The notes under the pieces were generated by a model that saw only the letters and a list, made by a program, of their open reading frames with translations, was not told the DNA's origin and searched no databases. Source: an uncultured Chloroflexia bacterium (GTDB taxonomy: Bacteria > Chloroflexota > Ktedonobacteria > Ktedonobacterales > Ktedonobacteraceae). From it: 64,000 bases of DNA. Shown one piece after another: positions 47,325-57,587 of this stretch. Both the position numbers and the translations under genes were made by a program. Numbering within the stretch: position 1 is the first letter of the stretch; every line of letters starts with the position of its first letter. Location: NCBI GenBank assembly GCA_963791835.1, contig CAWBTV010000007.1, forward strand, positions 941,807-1,005,806, given 5' to 3'.

Positions 47325-48920
47325 ATGCAAACAGTAACACGTCCACACGTATCGAGTCCAGATAGTCGGCTACCTAAGCCGAGACGAGGCCGACGTTTTT
47401 CACCATTGATGCTCATCGGCATTACCGTGACAGTGCTTGTCGTAGCAGGTGCGGGAGCATTTCTTGTTGTGCAGAAGTTGACGGGTTCACATGCTGCCGC
47501 TGGCGCCGCAGTGAATATGGACTGCACACTCATTGTACCAAATAATCCGCTTACAGCACAGGGCTTAGCCACTCCCTATCAACTTGTTGCCACTGATGCA
47601 AACAACGGACCGTGTAATGAGACAAATGGAAATCAGACAGCGTTTGTCCAGGGAGCGGTCTTCGATACAGAGACAGGTCAGATATCGGCCTACAATCCTC
47701 TTGTTGTTGACAAAGGAACGAAGGCAGCTGTGGCACCCGTCGTACCAACGCTTCCACAAGGGGCAATCGTCGCACTCTGGTTTGGCTTCAATGGCAATAA
47801 CCTGACGCTAAAGGGAAGCGGCAACAGTCTGCGTAGTGGCAAGTGTGTTAACGGGGTGAATGGTTCGATATTTGGGCAGTTTTCGTACTGTAACGCCCCT
47901 GCATTCTTCCAAGCGGCCAAACGCGCAGTCGCGAGTGGACAGCTTGTTCCGCCCGCACTGGGTATTGGCAAAGATGGACAGATATGCCCAACAGTGCGTG
48001 ACTTCTCGGTTGTGGACCAGGATCAGAGCGACAACGTGACAACCGCGTATCTCATCTCAGGAAACAATCAGATTGCTCAATTAACGGCGGCAAATATGGC
48101 TCAGATGCCCACTGCACAAATACTAAAGAATGGTAGTGATAATCGTCTTTTGAGTGTCGCGCTTGATGGTGCTTTAGGGTGTACACCGTGGAAAGTTGCC
48201 GATCTTGCCGACCCCGGTCAGACAGTGACATCACTACCACTCAACGAAATACAAGCGGCAGCATTACAAGCCAAACCAGTCGCAATGGTACCAAACTTTG
48301 ACCCCATGGTTCTTGTCAACAACCAGCGCAATATAAACAAGCTGAACGCGTATCGCGCAGGTGTCAATCAGCCACAAGTAAATAATCCACAGCAGGCGAG
48401 TGGAAGAGCGTATTGCCTCAATCTTATGAATGTTGCGCCCGCACGTCTCGCACTCGACGCACAGTTTACATCAAAATCAGCATCACCGGATGCAGCTGCC
48501 GCGGATAATCTTTTCAACTTCCTGGGTCAGCGTTTCGCCGCTACCTGGACAAACCTCACCTGCCAGCAGTTGACAGGCAAAGCTAGCCCTATCACTGTCA
48601 AGACGGATGCCAACGGCGTTGCCATTGACACGATGATCAATGGTGTCACGATGAATCCACCAGTAGGCAAAGCTTTAAATTGTACCGTTAATGGAACAGT
48701 GATTGCTGGTTGCACAGGTACAACCGTTATCAATGGACAAACATGCTCGTTTGCGATGGATGCAAACACAAATCAGGTCAACATCACCTGTCCAGCGACC
48801 AAGGTTGGTGGTCAACCAGTGGGTCAGCCTACGATAACCAAAACCGAGGTTACAGGGCAACAAGTGCCAACAGACCCGGTTCAAGGTGGTAAGACGCCCA
48901 ATCAGGTCAAAAACCAGTAG
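47325..48920 (+). CDS. Hypothetical secreted/membrane-anchored Cys-containing protein
   Basis: N-terminal TM (LMLIGITVTVLVVAGAGAFLVV). Large extracytoplasmic domain. No recognised family. Confidence 0.5.
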   Translation: MQTVTRPHVSSPDSRLPKPRRGRRFSPLMLIGITVTVLVVAGAGAFLVVQKLTGSHAAAGAAVNMDCTLIVPNNPLTAQGLATPYQLVATDANNGPCNETNGNQTAFVQGAVFDTETGQISAYNPLVVDKGTKAAVAPVVPTLPQGAIVALWFGFNGNNLTLKGSGNSLRSGKCVNGVNGSIFGQFSYCNAPAFFQAAKRAVASGQLVPPALGIGKDGQICPTVRDFSVVDQDQSDNVTTAYLISGNNQIAQLTAANMAQMPTAQILKNGSDNRLLSVALDGALGCTPWKVADLADPGQTVTSLPLNEIQAAALQAKPVAMVPNFDPMVLVNNQRNINKLNAYRAGVNQPQVNNPQQASGRAYCLNLMNVAPARLALDAQFTSKSASPDAAAADNLFNFLGQRFAATWTNLTCQQLTGKASPITVKTDANGVAIDTMINGVTMNPPVGKALNCTVNGTVIAGCTGTTVINGQTCSFAMDANTNQVNITCPATKVGGQPVGQPTITKTEVTGQQVPTDPVQGGKTPNQVKNQ

Positions 48921-48925
48921 TAGGG

Positions 48926-49000
48926 AAAAGAGAAGAGAAAAGGGTGGGGGCAATGCATGAGAATCTCATGCATTGCCCCCACCCTTTTCTCTTCTCTTTT
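48926..49000. terminator. 75-bp perfect palindrome (36-bp arms) between two convergent stop codons
   Basis: aaaagagaagagaaaagggtgggggcaatgcatgag-aat-ctcatgcattgcccccacccttttctcttctctttt. Confidence 0.8.
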
Positions 49001-49003
49001 TAG

Positions 49004-49330
49004 CTATTGACCAGCGACAGCGGTCTGCTCGGCCTCAAAGCTTGCGAGAATTTCGGCGATTGAGGGGCGATTGGGAAACTCTGTCACGATGCTCACATCG
49101 CGATGTTTGCGCGAGTCATGCCCAAACTTGACGTAGCCATCGATCAAGGCAAAGAGCGTATGGTCGCGACCAACACCGACCTTCACTCCTGGCTTGATCT
49201 TCGTGCCACGCTGACGCACAATGATGCTACCAGCGGAGACAAGCTCGCCATCATATTTTTTCACACCAAGCATCTTCGGCTGGCTATCTCGTCCATTACG
49301 AGAGCTGCCCATACCTTTTTTATGTGCCAT
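49004..49330 (-). CDS. rpmA: 50S ribosomal protein L27 (with short C-terminal extension)
   Basis: [48 protein letters not shown]. Confidence 0.9.
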   Translation of the reverse strand: MAHKKGMGSSRNGRDSQPKMLGVKKYDGELVSAGSIIVRQRGTKIKPGVKVGVGRDHTLFALIDGYVKFGHDSRKHRDVSIVTEFPNRPSIAEILASFEAEQTAVAGQ

Positions 49331-49336
49331 AACGTT

Positions 49337-49831
49337 TTATACCTCTGTATTGCTTTCAGTACTCTCATCAGACAAGGTACGACGGCGACGCGTGCGTGTC
49401 TCGGTCTCGGAGGTCTCGTCTACAGGTGCAAGTGTGTCAGCATCAGCGTTTGTTGCGACACCCTCATCCTGTGCGACCACTCTAGCCTGAGGAGCCTCGC
49501 CCGTTATCAGGCTCTTCCCATCAGCTACAATATCGTCGATGCTTAGAAGGGTCAATTCCTGGCGATGACCCTTGCGATGACGAATACGTTTTTTCGGTTT
49601 GTATCGGAAAACGATCAATTTTTCTCCGCGTGCCTGTTTGACCGCAGTTGCGACCACCGATGCATTCGCCACAAATGGTGTTCCCACCATGGCACGTTCA
49701 GCATCGGAAATCAGTAACACTTCGTCGAACAGGACCTGCGCTCCGTCTTCGACTGCGAGTCGATTGACTTCGAGCGTCTGGCCCACAGAAACCTTGTATT
49801 GTCTTCCACCACTTTTAATTACCGCGAACAT
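49337..49831 (-). CDS. rplU: 50S ribosomal protein L21 with about 60-aa acidic/Thr-rich C-terminal extension
   Basis: MFAVIKSGGRQYKVSVGQTLEVNRL...KLIVFRYKPKKRIRHRKGHRQELT. Confidence 0.9.
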   Translation of the reverse strand: MFAVIKSGGRQYKVSVGQTLEVNRLAVEDGAQVLFDEVLLISDAERAMVGTPFVANASVVATAVKQARGEKLIVFRYKPKKRIRHRKGHRQELTLLSIDDIVADGKSLITGEAPQARVVAQDEGVATNADADTLAPVDETSETETRTRRRRTLSDESTESNTEV

Positions 49832-50063
49832 GATTTCTCCTTATATTTTCCTGCCCCACTGCCCCTTTGCATAGCACCAGGGGATACGTGGGAGGCATAG
49901 GTGGAGAGCCATCCAGCACAGTTCCGTGTCCTGATTGCTTACGTGTCTCACATGTTCATTTCGTCATGGGAGACGCATTGAACCGAGTTTCGTGCTTCGC
50001 CTTGTGGCGTAAGGGGTTGCCTACATGCAGATAGAACAGCCGTAGGCATACGGTAGCCACACT

Positions 50064-50092
50064 ATGATAGCAGGATGGGACGGATGTGTCAA
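50064..50092 (-). promoter_or_regulatory. Putative rplU-rpmA promoter (-35 TTGACA, 17-bp spacer, -10 TATCAT on the minus strand) with about 230-nt leader
   Basis: The reverse complement reads TTGACAcatccgtcccatcctgcTATCAT. The leader contains hairpins gcctacggctgttctatctgcatgtaggc and cgccacaaggcg. Confidence 0.45.
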
Positions 50093-50118
50093 GTGTAGCA
50101 CTAATTTAAAAGCGGCGG

Positions 50119-50205
50119 CATGACAGGGGCAAGCCCAGTCACTACTATACAACGCTCTGCCACGCGACCCATTGTATAGTAGTGACTGGGCTTGCCCCTG
50201 TCATG
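50119..50205. mobile_element. MITE-like element, family C
   Basis: catgacaggggcaagcccagtcactactatac...gtatagtagtgactgggcttgcccctgtcatg. Confidence 0.75.
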
Positions 50206-50241
50206 CCGAATATACTTCAATGACCTTTAAATCATCCTATA

Positions 50242-51243
50242 TTAAGTGTAAGAACGTTGCGCCTCACGAATGAAACGATAGGGATAAATGTCTTCTACCG
50301 CACTAGCCTCAGAAAGATGGTGTACCTGCTCCTCGCTTAAGGCCCAATCGACGGCCCCAAGATTGTCGTTCAGTTGTTCGAGTGAACGAGCACCAATAAT
50401 AGGAGCGGTAATGCCAGGAGTGCGCAGTAACCAGTTGAGCGCAATCTGGGCATAGGATTTACCAGTTTCTTTCGAGATAGCATCCATTTCGTCGATAACG
50501 CACCAGTTTTGCTCGGTTGCGCGGCGTTGCCAGTGCTCTTCCAGGCGTTCACCAGCTTGAGCAATGCGTGTGCCTTCTGGTGGTTGCTCTCCCTTTTTGT
50601 ATTTGCCGGAGAGGAACCCACCACCGAGTGGACTCCACGGGAGAACGGCGATATTTTCTTCACGGCACAAGGGCAGTATTTCGTAGTCAAGGTGACGCTC
50701 GACAAGCGAATATTGCGGCTGCAGCGAGACGATACGTTCAAAACTGTGTGTACGGCTCACGTGGAGTGCGTTCATAATTTGCCAAGCGGTAAAGTTTGAG
50801 ACTCCAATGTAGCGTACTTTTCCCTGACGCACAAGGTCGGTGAAGGCCGAAAGCGTTTCTTCCAGGGGCGTGGCAGCATCCCAACAATGCGCCTGATAGA
50901 GGTCGATATAGTCGGTACCCAACCGCCGTAAGCTAGCCTCGCAGCCCTCGATGATGTGCTTACGCGATAAGCCAACATCGTTTGGCCCTTTGCCCATAGG
51001 GAAACGCACCTTCGTTGCTAATACTAGTTCTCTTCGTCTCTCCCGAATGGCACGCCCTGTAATTTCCTCAGAGATGCCCTGTGAATACACATCTGCGGTA
51101 TCAAGAAAATTGCCACCAGCGTCTATAAAACGGGAAATGATGGCTTTAGATTGTTCTTCGTTTGCCTCTTTCCCAAAGGTCATGCAACCCAGACATAGCT
51201 CAGAAACTATAGTGCCTGTCGCACCTAAACGTCGCATTTGCAT
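50242..51243 (-). CDS. Aldo/keto reductase
   Basis: AKR signature (LGCMTFG, active-site [15 protein letters not shown]). Start at MQMRRLG with AAAGGAGAGG upstream. Confidence 0.8.
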   Translation of the reverse strand: MQMRRLGATGTIVSELCLGCMTFGKEANEEQSKAIISRFIDAGGNFLDTADVYSQGISEEITGRAIRERRRELVLATKVRFPMGKGPNDVGLSRKHIIEGCEASLRRLGTDYIDLYQAHCWDAATPLEETLSAFTDLVRQGKVRYIGVSNFTAWQIMNALHVSRTHSFERIVSLQPQYSLVERHLDYEILPLCREENIAVLPWSPLGGGFLSGKYKKGEQPPEGTRIAQAGERLEEHWQRRATEQNWCVIDEMDAISKETGKSYAQIALNWLLRTPGITAPIIGARSLEQLNDNLGAVDWALSEEQVHHLSEASAVEDIYPYRFIREAQRSYT

Positions 51244-51497
51244 AGTGTAGTGTCCTCTCCTTTGTCGCACATTTCTCTAATACACACGTTTGAAGCTATA
51301 TTTTCGTTCCTAAATGCCGTCTTTCATGGTTTTGTTTTTCTCTCCACCTTTTTGTGAACTAGCACTTGCAACATTCGAGAGAGTCCTGTTCTTGCAACCA
51401 TTCTGGTATGTATGAGGGCTACCTTGTTACGCAATTGTGTTCAATCCGTTGAGTAAGCAGGGGAAAAAATATTTAATAAGGGGATGCTAAAATATTT

Positions 51498-52673
51498 ATG
51501 AATACACATTCATCAATTTTTGTACACAAAAATATTGGTACTTCACTACGTTTTCTGTTTTCGCTCACTGCTATCGTAATCGCTATGGTAACAGCCTTTG
51601 CCATGCTTGCTAGTGCGCTTCATGCTACAAAGGCGGCATCAAGTTTCCGTGAAATCACTTTACCTTCTTCATATCCGTGGGGTATTGCCTCTGATACAAA
51701 GGGGAATGTATGGGTAGCGGAACCGGGCTGCGATCCGCATCCCTTTGTGTGTAGCAGTACACAGACGGGAAGTATTGCTTTAGTGAATTGTTCCTCGTTC
51801 AGCGTCACCACGAATTTCACGGAACCGTCAGGATTTACTAGCCCATTCTTCCTTATTCTTGATTCATTTGGGCACCTCTGGTTCGCAGAGCCAAATGCCA
51901 ACGCGATTGGCGAATTGATTCCGAACCTGCACAATCCCTCTGCCTCCATATGGCACCAATGGGCTGTTCCAACGTACAATGCTGCTCCATTTCAGGTTGC
52001 ATTTGACAACCGTGGCTTACTCTGGTTCACGGAACCCCAGGCCAATCAGATCGGCTCATTCAACACGACAAAACATACATTCACTGAAACGGCCACACCG
52101 AGTGCTCAAAGCACCCCTTATGGCATCACAGGACCTGATGCAAAGGGTGGCATGTGGTTTACCGAAAATAATTCGGCAGTAGCTCGTGTTGCCAGTTTTG
52201 TACCACCTAAGAAGGGCGCACTTAAAACAGCAGCGATAAGCGAGTATCTCTCGGTCAATCCTAGTGGGGGTACAACGATACACCTCATCACACTTGACCA
52301 TAAGGGTCGCGTCTGGTGGACTGAGGGTTTTGATGGACGAATTGGTAGTCTGACTATCAGTCAGGCAGTGAAGGGAACGTCTAAAGGCGTGCATGAGTAC
52401 TCAATTCCAGCGTGTAACAACTGTGGCACGCACGTCTCTGGTATAGCTGTCGATAATGCAGGAATTGTGTGGTTCGACGACTCGTTAAGAAATTGGGTTG
52501 ACTCTTATAATCCTGCCACCAACACTTTCTCAACTCCATTTCAACTCGCGAACGGAAGTCATCCACATGATGGCTTGATAGTGGCAAGTGACAATAGCGT
52601 CTTCTTTGCCGAAGAGTTTTCGCAGAAACTTGGTCAAATCCCACAAGCCAGTGCAAACAAAAACGAGAAATAA
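51498..52673 (+). CDS. Secreted beta-propeller protein with Vgb (streptogramin-B lyase)-like repeats
   Basis: Signal peptide. Seven repeats of the xWFtE/aE....IGxx pattern (VWVAEPG, LWFAEPNANAIGEL, LWFTEPQANQIGSF, MWFTENN, VWWTEGFDGRIGSL, VWFDDS, VFFAEEFSQKLGQI). Confidence 0.6.
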   Translation: MNTHSSIFVHKNIGTSLRFLFSLTAIVIAMVTAFAMLASALHATKAASSFREITLPSSYPWGIASDTKGNVWVAEPGCDPHPFVCSSTQTGSIALVNCSSFSVTTNFTEPSGFTSPFFLILDSFGHLWFAEPNANAIGELIPNLHNPSASIWHQWAVPTYNAAPFQVAFDNRGLLWFTEPQANQIGSFNTTKHTFTETATPSAQSTPYGITGPDAKGGMWFTENNSAVARVASFVPPKKGALKTAAISEYLSVNPSGGTTIHLITLDHKGRVWWTEGFDGRIGSLTISQAVKGTSKGVHEYSIPACNNCGTHVSGIAVDNAGIVWFDDSLRNWVDSYNPATNTFSTPFQLANGSHPHDGLIVASDNSVFFAEEFSQKLGQIPQASANKNEK

Positions 52674-52684
52674 GCCCTTTTATG

Positions 52685-52749
52685 AAGATAAGAAAATAAT
52701 CGAACAGGAGACCGCAAGGGTCTCCTGTTCGATTATTTTCTTATCTTCT
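52685..52749. repeat. Family E single hairpin (CAGGAGACCGCAAGGGTCTCCTG) embedded in a 65-bp palindrome between convergent genes; terminator-like
   Basis: gaagataagaaaataatcgaacaggagaccgcaagggtctcctgttcgattattttcttatcttc. Confidence 0.7.
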
Positions 52750-52763
52750 TTTGGGTACAACAA

Positions 52764-53516
52764 TTATGTTTTGTTAAACAGCGCGATAGGACGCAAAGGG
52801 GAGCCTGAGCCGCCCTTGATTTTTAGTGGTAGGGCAATGAAGTAGAAGCTTGTCGGAACGTTGGCAAGACCATATAGCCCCTCGATGATAAAGATGCCAT
52901 TGGGCAAAAAATACTTCATATGCCCAAAACCAGATTTTAGTTTCCCGTTGACCTGGGCGATATCACATGCTGCCGTATCGGAACCAACAGCTTTTACACC
53001 GGCTTCGTAGAGAAAACGGCAGGTATCCTCGGCAAGCCCTGGCTCGTTTTGACCCCACCAGTTACGCTCGTGGGGTGCCTTCTTCTCAACATCGACAAGA
53101 TATTTGTCATAGCCAAAATCAATAATCGCGATATCACCCTTCTCAAGCGTGATAGCTGATCTCTGCATGACTTCTTGCACCTTGCTCAACGGCACGAGTT
53201 CACCGGGGGCGTAGTTTTCTTGCGACAAATCAATCTTTTTGGCAACACCTATGAGGGATGTAGCCGGAAAAATATCTATCGTTTGATCGGCTTTATTAGG
53301 CAGCATATGCGCTGGCGCATCAACATGACAGCCACTATGTTCCGGCAAAATCAACGTTTGTAGGAAATAGCCGCTCTGCCCAAAGTTACGCGCGTCTTCG
53401 ATGATCGACACGTCGGGATGTGAGTGCCAGTGGGGCATGTTCGAGTATAACAGAGGCGAAAGATCAACCGCTTCCATACTGCCTAACAAGCTAGCTAATT
53501 CCTGGATTGACGCCAT
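52764..53516 (-). CDS. Cyclase-family protein (kynurenine-formamidase-like metal hydrolase)
   Basis: HxGxHxDxPxH-type motif (SGCHVDAPAHM). Start at MASIQ with a GAGGAG RBS. Confidence 0.65.
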   Translation of the reverse strand: MASIQELASLLGSMEAVDLSPLLYSNMPHWHSHPDVSIIEDARNFGQSGYFLQTLILPEHSGCHVDAPAHMLPNKADQTIDIFPATSLIGVAKKIDLSQENYAPGELVPLSKVQEVMQRSAITLEKGDIAIIDFGYDKYLVDVEKKAPHERNWWGQNEPGLAEDTCRFLYEAGVKAVGSDTAACDIAQVNGKLKSGFGHMKYFLPNGIFIIEGLYGLANVPTSFYFIALPLKIKGGSGSPLRPIALFNKT

Positions 53517-53644
53517 GTTCTTATGCTCCTCTTTGATATTGAAAGAACAATGTTTGTTCTGGAATTGTACAAGTATGGTATCACATGAACGGGCTAAAAG
53601 CGTGCTATGATGTAGCACACACATGTCCGTTGAAGGAGGATGTT

Positions 53645-54454
53645 ATGGAACAGCGAATGCTAGGGAAAACAGGATTGCAAGTACCAGTAGTGGGTATGGG
53701 AACATGGCGCACGTTTGATGTACGTGGCAATGAGGCAAAACGCAATACGCAGAATATTGTCGATACAGCACTGGCATCGGGCGCGAACTTCCTGGATTCC
53801 TCTCCGATGTATGGAGCAGCAGAGCAGGTACTAGGCGAGGCACTACAGGGGAGACGCGATAAGGCATTGATCGCGACAAAGGTATGGACACCAACACGAA
53901 GTGAGGCACAAGCACAAATCAAGCGTGCGCTCTCATTCTTTCAAAATAGAATTGACCTGTATCAAATCCATAATCTTGTCAACTGGTTAGAGCACCTGGC
54001 ATTGTTAGAACGGTTACGCGATGAAGGTAAGGTACGCGCTATAGGGGCCACACACTATAGCAGTTCGGCTTTCAAAGAGTTACGGCAGGTGATGAAGACG
54101 GGTCGTATTACGGCGGTTCAGATACCCTATAATCCACTACAACGCGAGGTTGAGCGCGACATTTTACCACTCGCCGCCGACCTCGGTTTAGGTGTGGTCG
54201 TCATGCGTCCCTTCGCGGAAGGTAGCTTGATGCGTCGTAGTCCTTCACAGGCAGAACTTGAACCCCTTAAACCATTTGGGGTGACAACATGGGGACAGGC
54301 TTTGCTCAAGTGGGTCTTGAGCGATACACGTTGTCATGTGGCTATACCAGCCACAACACGTCCCGAACGTGTAAGCGAAAACGCGCTAGCTGGCAATGCA
54401 CCATGGTTTGGCACAGAAGAAAGAGCGTTGGTAGCAAGATTGGCTGGGGTGTAA
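53645..54454 (+). CDS. Aldo/keto reductase
   Basis: MEQRMLGKTGLQVPVVGMGTW...FLDSSPMYG. Strong RBS GAAGGAGGA. Confidence 0.8.
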   Translation: MEQRMLGKTGLQVPVVGMGTWRTFDVRGNEAKRNTQNIVDTALASGANFLDSSPMYGAAEQVLGEALQGRRDKALIATKVWTPTRSEAQAQIKRALSFFQNRIDLYQIHNLVNWLEHLALLERLRDEGKVRAIGATHYSSSAFKELRQVMKTGRITAVQIPYNPLQREVERDILPLAADLGLGVVVMRPFAEGSLMRRSPSQAELEPLKPFGVTTWGQALLKWVLSDTRCHVAIPATTRPERVSENALAGNAPWFGTEERALVARLAGV

Positions 54455-54479
54455 ATTATTATATGAGAGGCAAAAGAGG

Positions 54480-54578
54480 CATGACAGGGGCAAGCCCTGT
54501 CACTACTATACACGGGTGACGCATGGCAGAGCCACGCTGTGAGGTCAGTATAGTAGTGACAGGGCTTGCCCCTGTCGT
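54480..54578. mobile_element. MITE-like element, family C
   Basis: catgacaggggcaagccctgtcactactatac...gtatagtagtgacagggcttgcccctgtcgtg. Confidence 0.75.
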
Positions 54579-54732
54579 GCTGATAATCAAACAAATGTAC
54601 GCGTTAGTTAGAGTCAATGACATGAATTTCATTCCCTGGAAATTCTCGTGTTGACAACAGAAGAACAAAGTAGGTATACTACGATAGTTGGCTAGCCAAT
54701 TAAAAATAAGTTACAATCCAGGAGAACAAACG

Positions 54733-55644
54733 ATGGAAACATGGCCTGAATTACCCTATGAGGCGTGGAAGGATACGCGCGACACGTTGCATTTAATGAC
54801 GCAAATCGTGGGAAAGGTCAAGCTGGAACTTTGTCCCTTTCTCAATCAGTGGTGGGAAATTTCCTTCCACCTGACAGCGCGTGGCCTGAATACAGGTTCT
54901 ATTCCCTGGCAAGGAGAGAGCTTTGAAATCGACCTTGATTTCATTGACCATCGTCTCTCCATTCGTGTAAGTGATGGCCGTATTGAGGCGATACCGCTTG
55001 AGCCACGCACAGTCGCCGATTTCTATTCTTTGTTCATGCAGACACTCACATCCCTTAGTATTGAAGTGGCGATTTCGACTCAGCCGGCAGAGATGCAAAA
55101 TGGCATTCCATTTGAGCAAGACACGACTCATGCATCGTATGATAAAGATTTTGTGTACCGTTGGTGGCGTGTGATGCTGGCAACGGGGCGCGTCATGGAG
55201 CAGTTTAGAACACCGTTTCATGGCAAGAGTAGTCCAGTGCAGTTCTTCTGGGGTGGCTTTGATTTAGATGCCACACGCTTCAATGGGAAGCGAGCAACGC
55301 CACCATCATACGGGGGACGTATCATGAAATTTGGCGAGAACGAAGAAAACTTCGCGATTGGTTTCTGGCCCGGTACCGACCAGTTTCCGCACGCGGCCTT
55401 TTACGCCTATATGTCGCCCGCTCCCAACAACATCGAGAAAGCTCATATTCAGCCCAATATTGCTCACTTCGACACGACACTCAGCGAGTTCGTTCTGCTC
55501 TATGATGATATGCGGCGTGCATCATCTCCCGAAGAGACACTTGGCACATTTTTTCAAAGTACTTATGAAGCGTGTGCGCTCCTGGCAGGATGGGACCGTG
55601 CATCGCTAGAAGGCAATGTACCAAACTTGACAAGGGTGAAATAG
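54733..55644 (+). CDS. Conserved hypothetical protein (family assignment uncertain; possibly DUF5996-like)
   Basis: ATG with AGGAGAA RBS. 303-aa soluble protein with no recognised catalytic motif. Confidence 0.5.
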   Translation: METWPELPYEAWKDTRDTLHLMTQIVGKVKLELCPFLNQWWEISFHLTARGLNTGSIPWQGESFEIDLDFIDHRLSIRVSDGRIEAIPLEPRTVADFYSLFMQTLTSLSIEVAISTQPAEMQNGIPFEQDTTHASYDKDFVYRWWRVMLATGRVMEQFRTPFHGKSSPVQFFWGGFDLDATRFNGKRATPPSYGGRIMKFGENEENFAIGFWPGTDQFPHAAFYAYMSPAPNNIEKAHIQPNIAHFDTTLSEFVLLYDDMRRASSPEETLGTFFQSTYEACALLAGWDRASLEGNVPNLTRVK

Positions 55645-55667
55645 GAAGATAAGAAAGGAACACTTCT

Positions 55668-56141
55668 ATGTCCGATACAGTACAACCAATCGTCGAGCAT
55701 ACTGGAGAGGGTCATGTCCTCCAATTTAGCCCAAGTGAGAAGCTTATCTGGAAAGCAACGGCGGCTACAACTGGTGGTGTTATGGACCAGTTCGAGTTGA
55801 TAGCTTTGCCCGACCACTTCGGCGCACCAGAGCATGTGCATCACGCCGTCGATGAATTTTTCTATATATTGGAGGGCGCATTCCGCTTCAAAGTAGGGGA
55901 TGAGATACTACTCGCCGAAGCTGGCTCCTTCCTCTTCGTGCCACGCGAGACGAATCACACATGGCGCAATGGAGCGGAGACAACATCGCGTATGCTACTT
56001 ACCTATATCCCCGGCGGTATGGAGCCATTTTTCGAGGAAGTATCGCCATACATGTTTGTCAATCCGCCCGATCAGGATGGTATCGAAAAGATCAATCAGA
56101 AATATAATACAGACGTTGTGGGACCGCCACTACCAGCGTAA
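55668..56141 (+). CDS. Cupin-domain protein
   Basis: Two-His/Glu cupin motifs (GAPEHVHHAVDEFFYILEG...FVPRETNHTWRN). Confidence 0.7.
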   Translation: MSDTVQPIVEHTGEGHVLQFSPSEKLIWKATAATTGGVMDQFELIALPDHFGAPEHVHHAVDEFFYILEGAFRFKVGDEILLAEAGSFLFVPRETNHTWRNGAETTSRMLLTYIPGGMEPFFEEVSPYMFVNPPDQDGIEKINQKYNTDVVGPPLPA

Positions 56142-56293
56142 ACGAATGCATGGACGCCCACAAATCACAACGGACGCCCACAAGGGGCTACCCTTGTGGG
56201 CGTCCTGTCCTTCTCATTCATAAAGCGTTGTCGCAAGCCAGGCGGATGACGTATACTGGTGCATTATTGGTAATAAAGAGAAGGACACAGATA

Positions 56294-56716
56294 ATGGTTT
56301 CCATTCAAGAGACGACAGGCTTTCACCTGGCACTGGTCTGTCGTTCTCGCCGTAACCTGATTGCTACCGCAGTTGAGCCATTCGGATTGTATGTGGGTCA
56401 AGACCTCATTATGGTACAACTGTGGAATGAGGAAGGGTTGACCCAATCACATCTTGCTGAGCGCGTGGGCATAGAGGTTTCCACGATGACGAAGGCTTTA
56501 CAACGCCTGGAGCGGTATGGATTTGTCGAGCGTCGCCAGGATACGCAGGATACACGCGTCTGGCGCGTCTTTTTGACCGAGCAAGGACGCGCTCTTTGTC
56601 CTATCGTGACGGAAAAATGGAATCAAGCGGAGCAATGCACATTCGCAGACTTTACTACTGATGAACAGGCACTTCTTGTCAGCTTTTTACAGCGTATTGA
56701 GAAAAATCTTGCCTGA
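56294..56716 (+). CDS. MarR-family transcriptional regulator
   Basis: Winged HTH (LTQSHLAERVGIEVSTMTKALQRLERYGFVERRQDTQDTRV). Confidence 0.8.
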   Translation: MVSIQETTGFHLALVCRSRRNLIATAVEPFGLYVGQDLIMVQLWNEEGLTQSHLAERVGIEVSTMTKALQRLERYGFVERRQDTQDTRVWRVFLTEQGRALCPIVTEKWNQAEQCTFADFTTDEQALLVSFLQRIEKNLA

Positions 56717-56863
56717 TTCTTTACGTTAGCAACAACACTTGTGTATACTATTCTTGACCATAGGAAGCCTATTCTTGTGTATAAAAGCTTGGTTAACCAA
56801 ATACATAAGCGAAATTACGACCACTTTCAACATCAACAACCAATAATTAAGGAGAAGAGAACC

Positions 56864-57574
56864 ATGGATATACAAAAAGACGAACAGAAACCTATGGAGC
56901 TACCTTCACAACTGGTAACAATCATCACCACGGAACACTATAACCTACAAACGGGCCGCTCAATGACCATCTCAGAGGCGAATGGTCGAGCGAGCTTATT
57001 TCTCTCAACCGTATCAAGTACACTGGTTGCGCTGGCTTTTGTGGGACAAATCGCTCATTTAGGGGTGGCTTTTTTTGTATTCAGCCTTGTTCTGTTCCCC
57101 TCACTCTTATTTCTCGGTCTGGTGACATTTGAACGCGTCTTGCAATCGAGCATCGAAGACACGATCTATGCACGTGGCATCAATCGGCTCCGCCACTTGT
57201 ACCTGGAATATGCACCACAGATGGAGCCATATTTCATTCTTTCGCGCTACGATGATAGCACTGGCATCATGACTAATATGGGTGTGCGTGGCAGTTGGTG
57301 GCAGACGTTTCTCTCGATGCCTGGGATGATCGAGGTAATCAATAGTATTCTCACGGGTGCCTTTGTGGGCTTGTTGCTATACGCCATCTTTCTTGGTGCA
57401 TCCGCAACATTCGCACAAACATCGTTGGCACTGGTAATATGTGCATTAGGTGGAATTGTAAGCTTTCTGATTAGTGTCTTATTACATCAAAGATACCAAC
57501 TTATCCAATGGCAACACGCGGACAAGCATCTTGCTGTACGTTTCCCAAGCCCTGCCATATCAGAGAAAGCATAG
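56864..57574 (+). CDS. Hypothetical membrane protein
   Basis: ATG with AAGGAGAAG RBS. Five or six TM helices. Confidence 0.5.
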   Translation: MDIQKDEQKPMELPSQLVTIITTEHYNLQTGRSMTISEANGRASLFLSTVSSTLVALAFVGQIAHLGVAFFVFSLVLFPSLLFLGLVTFERVLQSSIEDTIYARGINRLRHLYLEYAPQMEPYFILSRYDDSTGIMTNMGVRGSWWQTFLSMPGMIEVINSILTGAFVGLLLYAIFLGASATFAQTSLALVICALGGIVSFLISVLLHQRYQLIQWQHADKHLAVRFPSPAISEKA

Positions 57575-57587
57575 GAGTTATATTCAT

